32,557 bases of DNA from an uncultured bacterium (GTDB lineage: Bacteria; Latescibacterota; UBA2968). The DNA lies in the NCBI GenBank assembly GCA_964471275.1, contig CAYYGZ010000018.1, positions 1 through 32,557 on the forward strand. The letters are read 5' to 3'. Below, piece by piece: positions 18,238 to 26,062 of the stretch. The notes beneath the pieces are model-generated. The model did not search any database, had not been told where the DNA came from, and saw only the letters and a program-made list of their open reading frames with translations. Position 1 is the first letter of the stretch. Each line of letters starts with the position of its first letter. A program made the position numbers and the translations under genes.

Positions 18238-18356
18238 GGAAGGGCTCCCGGAGAAGGGTGGAACGATGATTTCGGTCTGAGTGTCCGAGTCAGAATGCGT
18301 TCTCTGAGATGCTAAAGGGCAGTAAAATCTATAAGAATTTCGACTTGAATGAACTA

Positions 18357-18385
18357 AATCTATAAGTAATCTGATATAGAGTCAA
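18357..18385 (-). promoter_or_regulatory. Sigma70 promoter of the LysR gene overlapping a TCTATA-N10-TATAGA palindrome
   Basis: TTGACT (18385-18380), 17 nt, TAGATT (18362-18357). Inverted repeat at 18359-18380. Confidence 0.6.
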
Positions 18386-18641
18386 TAGAAAAACTGGAGC
18401 TTTGGTTAACGGTTGAACGTGTTCCGCCATTTGGTGGTTGGGGGATATTGTATCATAAAACATTATAAAACATTGGATTAACGGAGATCGGTCCTGTCTG
18501 AAATGATTAGCAGAGCGAATAGCTAGTCACAATGACCTAATTGTGCACGGCTAGCTGCCTCTTCCAGATTAGACGCTTGTCATGGAGTATGGCCAGCCGT
18601 ATATTTTTCTCCAGCTCAATGAACTGCATCGGGAAAGCGAT

Positions 18642-19514
18642 ATGAACTGGTTCGACAAACTGAAATCCGGGATTCGCACGGTCATTCATCGTGGGATGCC
18701 CGAAGATCTCTATGTTAAGTGCGGACGGTGTCACCAGATGATTCTCCGGAAGCACCTGGAGGACAATTTCGGTACGTGCCCGCACTGCGATCATCACTTC
18801 CGGATTCACTACCGTCAGTTCCTGGATCTGCTTCTGGACGAAGGCAGTTACGTTGAGATCGCGGAGAACGTTCGGTCGACAGATTCCCTCGAGTTCACGG
18901 ATCTTCAGAAGTACAGCGACCGAATCAAAGATCACAGCAAACGAAGCGGGATGAACGCTTCAGTGAGCGTGGGTATTGGCCGGGTCGAAGGACGTCCGAT
19001 CGGGATCGGTATCCACGAATTCGGTTTTGTCGGGGCCTCTCTCGGCTCGGCCGAAGGAGAGCGGATCTGTCGAATCATCGATCGCTGCGTAAGGGATCGG
19101 ATGCCTCTGGTTCTGGTCTGCCGTTCTGGGGGGGCTCGCATGCAGGAAGCCGCGCTTTCGTTGATGCAGATGGCGAAGATCAACGCACGTCTGACCCTGC
19201 TGGCGGACGCGCGTCTGCCGTTTGTCTCGATTCTCTCGGACCCAACGACTGCGGGTGTGTCCGCCAGTTACGCGCTATTGGGAGATATCAACATCGCAGA
19301 GCCAAATGCGTTGATCGGGTTTACAGGCGAGCGGATAACGGGCAGTTCGGTCGGGGAGGAGGAACTGGCCGCCCTCCGACGGGCACAACGGGCGGAGATG
19401 GTACTCGAGAATGGTTTTGTGGATCTCGTCGTTCCCAGGCGGGATTTGCGCCAAACACTGGCCGGTCTGTTCGGGCTCCTGCTCGATGATTCTAGCAGAA
19501 TGACGGGGAGCTGA
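18642..19514 (+). CDS. accD: Acetyl-CoA carboxylase carboxyltransferase beta subunit (divergent)
   Basis: KCGRC...CPHC zinc finger, SGGARMQE, SLMQMAK, DPTTAGVSASYA, AEPNALIGF. Confidence 0.88.
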   Translation: MNWFDKLKSGIRTVIHRGMPEDLYVKCGRCHQMILRKHLEDNFGTCPHCDHHFRIHYRQFLDLLLDEGSYVEIAENVRSTDSLEFTDLQKYSDRIKDHSKRSGMNASVSVGIGRVEGRPIGIGIHEFGFVGASLGSAEGERICRIIDRCVRDRMPLVLVCRSGGARMQEAALSLMQMAKINARLTLLADARLPFVSILSDPTTAGVSASYALLGDINIAEPNALIGFTGERITGSSVGEEELAALRRAQRAEMVLENGFVDLVVPRRDLRQTLAGLFGLLLDDSSRMTGS

Positions 19515-19516
19515 GC

Positions 19517-19960
19517 GTGAAAATCCTTGTGCTGCAGGGGCCGAACATCAACATGCTAGGGAAGCGAAAGGCCTCTCACTACGGCACCGTCACGATGGAT
19601 GAGATACACGACCGACTGACCACAAGGGCAGGAGAGCTGGGCTGCCAGGTTCAGTTCTTTCAGTCGAATCATCAGGGAAGTCTGGTCGATCACGTTCAGG
19701 AATCGCGTGACGACGTAGACGGCGTGATCGTCAATCCGGCAGGGCTGACCGGCGTCGGTTACTCGTTAAGAGACGCGCTGGAGGACAGCGGTCTGCCGAT
19801 CGTCGAAGTTCATCTCTCGAACATTCACGCGCGCGAAGAATTCAGAAGGCACTCCTGCTTCACGGAGATCTCGGTCGGCCAAGTTGCCGGTTTCAGGTGG
19901 CGGGGATACATCGCCGCGTTGGAATTGCTGGCAGCCACCCTACAGGAGGAGAAGGCCTAG
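19517..19960 (+). CDS. aroQ: Type II 3-dehydroquinate dehydratase
   Basis: LQGPNINMLGKR...HYG, QSNH, VNPAG, EVHLSNIHAREEFRRHS. Confidence 0.93.
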   Translation: MKILVLQGPNINMLGKRKASHYGTVTMDEIHDRLTTRAGELGCQVQFFQSNHQGSLVDHVQESRDDVDGVIVNPAGLTGVGYSLRDALEDSGLPIVEVHLSNIHAREEFRRHSCFTEISVGQVAGFRWRGYIAALELLAATLQEEKA

Positions 19961-20004
19961 TCGTCCTGAATACCCACCAATCACGGGTTTCATCTGAACG
20001 CGTT

Positions 20005-20736
20005 CTACTCCCGATATAATCCCATTTCGTGAACAAGGTCCAGCACCCTCCCGGGTACCTGCTCAGAAACATCCTCGCCCCTCCGAATGCGATCCCTGAT
20101 CCCCGATGAAGAAATGCCAGTATAGTCGCTCGAGAGTGATACGGGATGAATGCGATCAGCATATCGGTCTTGCGGCGCTCGGTTCAGATAAGCGATAAGC
20201 GACTCCGTGTCGTTTTCTCCCCGGTTCGCCACCGCGAATTCAGCCCTCGAGAACAGATCGTCAAGCTCCTGAATCATTGAATCATAATATTTTTCGTCGA
20301 ACAGCCTGATCAAGGTGTCATATCCGATCGCGAAGACGTACCGCGTGTTTGGGGAGAGTTTCTGAAGAGCTGAGGCCTTGTCCACAAACCTCGCGTGACT
20401 GCACGCGGACACGTCAATGGACGCCAGTCGGCCAGCGAGTCGAGAGACCATGTAGAGGCGTTGGCCGAGATCTGCGCCGCTGATACCTTTGTCGACGTTT
20501 GTTGCGGACACCTGGAGGAGGACGCGATCCGCGTTCGATGCCTCTGCTCCGTGGTGCGCGAGTGCGAGATGTGCGCGGGTGGGTGGGTTGAAGGCCGCAT
20601 CGAGGACGAGGCAGCGGTCGGGTCTCGCGTCCGGAGGGGACCCCGTTACGTAGAAGGCCTCGGGTTCGCCATCCGGGGCGAGACGATCCATCAGGTCTCG
20701 CAGTTCCTGCAATCTGGACCCGTCAATTGTTGCCAT
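20005..20736 (-). CDS. Nucleotidyltransferase, NadD/Pof1-like NMN/NaMN adenylyltransferase
   Basis: VLDAAFNPPTRAH (TxxH), NVDK, RFVDK, GYDTLIRLFDEKYY, ISSSGIR. Confidence 0.82.
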   Translation of the reverse strand: MATIDGSRLQELRDLMDRLAPDGEPEAFYVTGSPPDARPDRCLVLDAAFNPPTRAHLALAHHGAEASNADRVLLQVSATNVDKGISGADLGQRLYMVSRLAGRLASIDVSACSHARFVDKASALQKLSPNTRYVFAIGYDTLIRLFDEKYYDSMIQELDDLFSRAEFAVANRGENDTESLIAYLNRAPQDRYADRIHPVSLSSDYTGISSSGIRDRIRRGEDVSEQVPGRVLDLVHEMGLYRE

Positions 20737-20741
20737 TCTGC

Positions 20742-20810
20742 ATTGTAGGTGTCGCCGCCACGCTCGTCAATCGTTTCGTCATTGATTGACACAGAGCCCG
20801 GGGGTAAGCT
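20742..20810. promoter_or_regulatory. Back-to-back divergent sigma70 promoters
   Basis: Minus strand: TTGACG (20770-20765)-17-TACAAT (20747-20742). Plus strand: TTGATT (20782-20787)-17-TAAGCT (20805-20810). Confidence 0.65.
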
Positions 20811-20856
20811 AGCTCACACAGTCGGCTGTACAAACTGTAGCGAAAGGAATAGTCAG

Positions 20857-21720
20857 ATGCACGTAGGAATGCGTATGCCGCCGATGGCCCGAGATCTGGG
20901 TATCGAGGCAACAATACAGTGGGCCGCTGAAAATGGCTTTGGGTCAGTTGATCTGCCCGAGGCGACTGCCGCCCTCAAGAAGGCTTGCCGGGACGCGGAC
21001 ATCGGCATCGGTACGGTAGACTGGGGAGCCGGTGGTGATCTGCTGAGCAAGAATGCGGCGAAGAGACGGAAGGCCGTCACGGCGATGAAGAAACGGATCC
21101 GTGACACGGCAAAGCACGGAAACAATGTGGTCTTCCTCTGTCTGTTGCCGGATGATCGGAGCCAGTCACGGGCAGAGACATTCGAGATCCTGACCAAGGT
21201 CTATCCCGGGATCCTGGCTCAGGCCGAGAAATCAGGCGTTCATCTCGCGATAGAACCGTATCCGGGACCTGCGCCGACCTATCCGTTCCTCGGGTGCACG
21301 CCGGAGACGCTCAGAGCGATTTTCGAGGCCGTACCGTCACCGAATTTTGGGATCTGTTACGATCCCTCTCATTTTGTCAGGATTGGGGTCGATCATCAGC
21401 GGCTGTTGATGGAATTTGGTGACCGTGTGAAGCACGTGCATGGTAAGGACACCGAAATTCTGGAAGACGGGATGTATGCGTACGGGTGTCTGGGGCAGAG
21501 CTTCGGTCAGCGATACGGCCACGGCGAAGGCTGGTGGCGTTACTGTATACCGGGGTGGGGCGATGTCGATTGGCGCTGGGTCGTGGCTCGGCTCGAGGAG
21601 ATCGGGTATGGGGGGCCGCTCGCAATAGAACTCGAGGACCATCGCTACAGTGGAAGCCCTGATTTGAACAAGGAGGGGCTCCTGGCGGCAAAGGACTACC
21701 TGGAGAGCATTCTGAGATGA
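20857..21720 (+). CDS. Sugar phosphate isomerase/epimerase (xylose-isomerase-like TIM barrel)
   Basis: LAIEP, ICYDPSH, KHVHGKD, PGWGDVDW, GYGGPLAIELE. AGGA SD before ATG 20857. Confidence 0.88.
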   Translation: MHVGMRMPPMARDLGIEATIQWAAENGFGSVDLPEATAALKKACRDADIGIGTVDWGAGGDLLSKNAAKRRKAVTAMKKRIRDTAKHGNNVVFLCLLPDDRSQSRAETFEILTKVYPGILAQAEKSGVHLAIEPYPGPAPTYPFLGCTPETLRAIFEAVPSPNFGICYDPSHFVRIGVDHQRLLMEFGDRVKHVHGKDTEILEDGMYAYGCLGQSFGQRYGHGEGWWRYCIPGWGDVDWRWVVARLEEIGYGGPLAIELEDHRYSGSPDLNKEGLLAAKDYLESILR

Positions 21721-21729
21721 AAGTATAGC

Positions 21730-21756
21730 GGCCGGGCATCGTTGTGATGCCCGGCC
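21730..21756. terminator. GC-rich hairpin downstream of the isomerase gene, between convergent genes
   Basis: GGCCGGGCATC-GTTGT-GATGCCCGGCC is a perfect 11-bp stem. No strong U tract. Confidence 0.55.
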
Positions 21757-21837
21757 CTCCCGACTGCCCTGAACAGGCCTGCCCCGGTCCCGTCAGTGGC
21801 TGGGCCGTCGGTCTCGCGTGTTCGTATATATGGCTGA

Positions 21838-22742
21838 TCAAGCTTCGATCCAGCCGCAAGACTTCATCATTCTTTCCCTGCCTGCAGAAGATGTTTCTCG
21901 CTTCTCGCCTCTCAGATCGGCCAGAGCGATCGATGCACCGGCGCTCAGCAGCACGGCCCTCTCAACCACATTTCTGAGCTCCTGGATGTTCCCGGGGAAA
22001 CCGTGGTTGGACAGCCAGCCTTCCACCTCGTCGGAGAAGTTCAATCCCGGCTTTCCGTAGCGATCTCGGTAGGTCTGCAGGAAGTAATTCCCGATAATGA
22101 GAATGTCCTGATCCCGATCTCTGAGAGGGGGAAGAAGGATTGGGTAAACGTACAACCGGTAGAGCAGATCGGTTCTGAACCGACTTTCGGATACAGCTTT
22201 TTCGGGATCCTCGTTGGTTGCCGCGATAATCTTGGCGTTGGTGGTGATTTTCGTGGTTCCGCCGAGACGACGCATGGTTCGATTCTTGAGGGCGGAGAGG
22301 AGTTTGGCCTGCATATCGAGCGGAATCAGGCCCACCTTATCGAGGAAGAGCGTGCCTCCCTCTGCCAACTCGAACAGTCGATCTTTGCATCTGTAAAGGC
22401 GTCGCGCTGGTAGCCGAAGAGCTCTGCTTCGATCAGATTCTCCGGAATGGCTGCACAATTGACGAGGACGACGGGGCGGTCAGAACTGTTTGCCCGATTG
22501 TGGATTTTCCGCGCGACGGCCTTCTTGCCCGTTCCGCTTTCCCCCGTGAGGAGTACGGTTTCTGGGGTAGGGGCAACACGTTCAACCAGATTGAAGACCC
22601 GCGTGATTGCGAGGCTTTCGCCGAGGATGCGAGACTGGCTGTCGGGTGTATTGGGTATAGGCGAGCGGCGGCAGCGGATGGATCCGTGGTGAACGGGGAC
22701 AGAATTCGCCAGGCAGGAATGGCGGGGCGGGCAGCCTGTCAT
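21838..22742 (-). pseudogene. Frameshifted, truncated sigma-54-dependent activator (AAA+ domain relic)
   Basis: ILGES...VLLTGESGTGKKAVAR...NCAAIPENLIEAELFGYQRDAFTDAK, frameshift near 22382, then LFELAEGGTLFLDKVG...FRTDLLYRL...PGNIQELRNVVERA. GAFTGA and Walker B are altered; no sensor domain or HTH. Confidence 0.88.
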
Positions 22743-22789
22743 GGGTCTAGGGGCGGAAGACGCCCTTCCCTGGCGGTGAGGGGATGGAT

Positions 22790-23662
22790 CTAGCCTTTGA
22801 GGGTGGAAACGACCGTTTCGCCGATATCCGCAGGGCTTTTTGTAACGTGTATGCCGGCGGATTCCAGGGCTGTCATTTTCTCAGCCGCGGTACCGTGCCC
22901 GCCTGAAATGATGGCGCCGGCGTGTCCCATTCTGCGCCCGGGAGGCGCGGTTTGCCCCGCGATGAAGCTTACCACGGGCTTGCGGAACTCGGCTTTGATG
23001 TAATCAGCCGCTTCCTCTTCTGCCGTGCCACCGATCTCGCCGATCATCACGACGGCTTCCGTCTGATCGTCATCGTTGAATAGTCTGAGGCAATCGATGA
23101 AATTGGTTCCGTTTACGGGATCCCCTCCGATTCCGACGCACGTGGACTGACCGAGTCCCACCTGGCTGAGCTGGTGAACGGCCTCGTAGGTCAGTGTACC
23201 GCTACGTGAGATCACGCCGACGCTGCCTTCCTTGTGGATAGGTCCGGGCATGATTCCGATTTTACATTTGCCAGGTGTGATGACGCCCGGGCAATTCGGG
23301 CCCACGAGCCGTGTCGGCCGGGTGGACAGGTAGTGCTTGGCCCGAACCATCTGAAGGACCGGGATATACTCACTGATGCACACGACGAGACCGATGCCGG
23401 CGTCGGCAGCCTCAATGATCGCATCCGCCGCGAAAGCGCCAGGCACAAAGATCACGGATGCTTTCGCACCCGTCGCACCCACGGCCTCGGAAACGGTGTT
23501 GAAGACCGGAAGTCCCTCAGCCGTCTGCCCGCCCTTCCCGGGTGTGACACCCCCCACAACCTGGGTCCCGTATTCGAGCATCTGCTGGGTGTGGAAGGTT
23601 CCTTCACCGCCGGTGATGCCCTGCACGACCACGCGTGTGTCTGAGTCGATGAGTATGCTCAT
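22790..23662 (-). CDS. sucD: Succinyl-CoA synthetase alpha subunit
   Basis: [43 protein letters not shown]. Confidence 0.97.
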   Translation of the reverse strand: MSILIDSDTRVVVQGITGGEGTFHTQQMLEYGTQVVGGVTPGKGGQTAEGLPVFNTVSEAVGATGAKASVIFVPGAFAADAIIEAADAGIGLVVCISEYIPVLQMVRAKHYLSTRPTRLVGPNCPGVITPGKCKIGIMPGPIHKEGSVGVISRSGTLTYEAVHQLSQVGLGQSTCVGIGGDPVNGTNFIDCLRLFNDDDQTEAVVMIGEIGGTAEEEAADYIKAEFRKPVVSFIAGQTAPPGRRMGHAGAIISGGHGTAAEKMTALESAGIHVTKSPADIGETVVSTLKG

Positions 23663-23692
23663 CCTGCCTCCATCATTGACGCTGGTGTTCCC

Positions 23693-24376
23693 CTATGCTC
23701 CGGGTTCTGAGAGTTCTGTCGTCGAACCGTCGCTGTTTCCGATGATCACACGATCTGTGAGTGAAACGAAGAGACCGGACTCGACAACACCCGGGATGGA
23801 TCGCAGGGCCTTCTCCAGCCTTGCTGCCTCATCGATCTGGCCAAATGGGCAGTCCAGGATGAAGTTCCCGTTATCCGTGACGAAATGCTCGTCCTCCGAT
23901 GTTCTGATGACGGGTTCGCAGCCCAGGTCGTGGATCTGGCTCTGCGTTGCCTGCCAGCCGAACGGGGTGACCTCAACGGGCAGAGGGAAAGCACCCAGTT
24001 TCTGCTTGAGTTTGGAGTCATCGGCGACGATAATCTGCATCCGGGTCGCGTGGGCAACGATCTTTTCCCGAAGAAGTGCCCCGCCGCCACCTTTGATCAG
24101 CGTGAAGGCCGAATCCACTTCGTCGGCGCCATCGATGGTGACATCGATCTTCGTTGTCTGTGAAAAGTCGATCAGCGGGATGCCACACTCTTTTGCGAGA
24201 TCAGTAGACGCCTCGGAAGTCGGGATACCCTTGATATCGAGCCCTGCGCTCACGAGGGCACCGAGTTTCACGATTGCAAAGTAGGCAGTCGACCCCGTCC
24301 CCAGGCCGACGATCTGACCGCTTTGCACGTATTCGGCGGCTCGCTCACCCGCCAGTTTTTTGGCCTGTTCGATCAT
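23693..24376 (-). CDS. rpiA: Ribose-5-phosphate isomerase A
   Basis: GLGTGSTA, IDGADEVD, IKGGGGALLREKI, TDNGN, PGVVESGLF. Confidence 0.97.
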   Translation of the reverse strand: MIEQAKKLAGERAAEYVQSGQIVGLGTGSTAYFAIVKLGALVSAGLDIKGIPTSEASTDLAKECGIPLIDFSQTTKIDVTIDGADEVDSAFTLIKGGGGALLREKIVAHATRMQIIVADDSKLKQKLGAFPLPVEVTPFGWQATQSQIHDLGCEPVIRTSEDEHFVTDNGNFILDCPFGQIDEAARLEKALRSIPGVVESGLFVSLTDRVIIGNSDGSTTELSEPGA

Positions 24377-24404
24377 TCCTTAAGTCCCCTTGAGTGCGGG
24401 CCTC

Positions 24405-24481
24405 AAGATAGGGAGGCTCCGCAAACTGAGCAACGACATTCCGGTCTCTCGGTTGGCTCTTACCCGTCTCCTGCGTATCTT
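24405..24481. promoter_or_regulatory. Divergent promoters for rpiA and the MBL gene
   Basis: Minus strand: TTGCTC (24433-24428)-17-TATCTT (24410-24405). Plus strand: TTGGCT (24453-24458)-17-TATCTT (24476-24481). Confidence 0.5.
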
Positions 24482-24526
24482 GGGGGCAGCTGAGGGGTGA
24501 ACGAGTCGGACGAATAGGAGGACGAT

Positions 24527-25366
24527 TTGAGCTACACGGCGCTGGAGGATTTCTTCGGGGATATCGTCGGCAAGGCGATGCGAGGGTTGGAGGTCAATCC
24601 GGACGTTGTCGGTAAGGACTCGGGTCTCTCTGACAGGGAGGTAAGCCGGATCACCTCATACGATCTGATCCCGGACGACGATGCCATCCGCAGCATTGCC
24701 GAGGTATTGTCACTGGATAGTGAGAAGCTGATCCGGGTCGCACGAGGGTGGGTGCCGACAGGGGGCAACGAGGAGTTTAGGACTGATCGAGTCTCTGTCG
24801 ACCGGGTTATCCTGAGTGCGGGTATGGAGGTGAATGCGTATGTCCTGAAGTGTCTGGCCACGGGAGAGGGCGCGCTTGTCGACGCCGGGGGCCAACCGGA
24901 TCGCATCGTGGCCTTGATCAGTGATGTATCTGCCAGGATCACACACATCCTGCTGACGCACGGCCACGGCGATCACGTCGGTGCCGTGGCTGAGATGAAG
25001 CAGAAGACCGGGGCGCGTGTATACTGCTCAGCCGAGGATGCAGGCATGCTGGCCTCAGATGTGGTGGACGTGAACGTATCGGATGGCTGGTCTGATCGGG
25101 TCGGCGAGGTTACGATTCAGGCACACGAGCTGCCCGGGCATACGCGCGGCGGAATCGGTTTCTCGGCGGAGGGCGTGTTCTTCTCTGGCGACGCGCTGTT
25201 CGCGGCGTCGCTGGGTGGGGCGAGGGGAGTGGCAGCGTATACGGGCCAGATCCAGAGTGTACGTCAGAAGGTGCTCGGATTGGATCCTGCGACACGGATC
25301 TTTCCAGGACATGGACCGATTACGACGGTTGGTCAGGAGGTTAAGAACAACCCGTGCTTCGCGTGA
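24527..25366 (+). CDS. MBL-fold metallo-hydrolase (glyoxalase II-like) with an N-terminal HTH-like extension
   Basis: THGHGDH, PGHT, SGDALF, PGHGP motifs. TTG start with GGAGG. Confidence 0.9.
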   Translation: MSYTALEDFFGDIVGKAMRGLEVNPDVVGKDSGLSDREVSRITSYDLIPDDDAIRSIAEVLSLDSEKLIRVARGWVPTGGNEEFRTDRVSVDRVILSAGMEVNAYVLKCLATGEGALVDAGGQPDRIVALISDVSARITHILLTHGHGDHVGAVAEMKQKTGARVYCSAEDAGMLASDVVDVNVSDGWSDRVGEVTIQAHELPGHTRGGIGFSAEGVFFSGDALFAASLGGARGVAAYTGQIQSVRQKVLGLDPATRIFPGHGPITTVGQEVKNNPCFA

Positions 25367-25369
25367 GGC

Positions 25370-25681
25370 TCAGCCTGCTTCTTCTTCTGGGGGGCCATCC
25401 GGGTAGGCAATCAACGAGACTTCCTCCTCGGAGAGCCTGATCGTTCCGCCGTGCTCCTCAAATATGGGGTCCAGCGGGTCGCTCGGACCGGCGGATCGCG
25501 CACCCGCGATGTCCACCCAGCGCCCCAGAGCGATGCAGACCTGGTCGACGGCGACCTTGTGCGTCTCCAACTGCAGAAGCATCTTCCGGAGTTGAGAGAT
25601 CTCCTGTTCCAGATCCGTCGCTTCTCGCTCGGCCGCGTTCAGGGCTTCTGTGTAAAGGATATTGCTTTCTTGATCGGTCAT
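25370..25681 (-). CDS. Small acidic coiled-coil hypothetical protein
   Basis: 103-aa ORF with heptads (LEQEISQLRKMLLQL). Upstream promoter TTGACT-17-TAAAGT (25733-25705). Confidence 0.65.
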   Translation of the reverse strand: MTDQESNILYTEALNAAEREATDLEQEISQLRKMLLQLETHKVAVDQVCIALGRWVDIAGARSAGPSDPLDPIFEEHGGTIRLSEEEVSLIAYPDGPPEEEAG

Positions 25682-25893
25682 AGGCGTAGTCTCGAAGTAC
25701 CATAACTTTAGTCGGCGAGGGTTATCTAGTCAAGCCCGATTTGCCGCCAGGCCGGCGCACCGAATCGATGCAACTTTTAGCTTGGTTGTGAATCTAAGAT
25801 ACACGGGTTCTCCGCTCTACTATACCACTCTACTATTTACAATAGAGTGATCTCCTAAGAATCCAACCCGCCGCCAAGATGTAAGGCGATTGT

Positions 25894-25948
25894 TATCAAA
25901 CGTTTAGATAGTTCTTGATGCTGTCCGGGATTTTGGTACACTGATTGC
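25894..25948 (+). promoter_or_regulatory. IHF site plus sigma-54 (-24/-12) promoter
   Basis: TATCAA-ACGT-TTA (25894-25906) is an exact match to WATCAANNNNTTR. TGGTAC-N5-TTGC (25934-25948) has GG-N10-GC spacing. Confidence 0.65.
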
Positions 25949-26062
25949 GATGCGTGTGTTGGTCACGCTTTACGATCTCTCTGGCTCTGCCCGTATTCCT
26001 CACGCTGCGCGCGTCGTATGGGCGATGCGTGTGATTAAACGTCCGAATTGAAGGAGTAGCCC

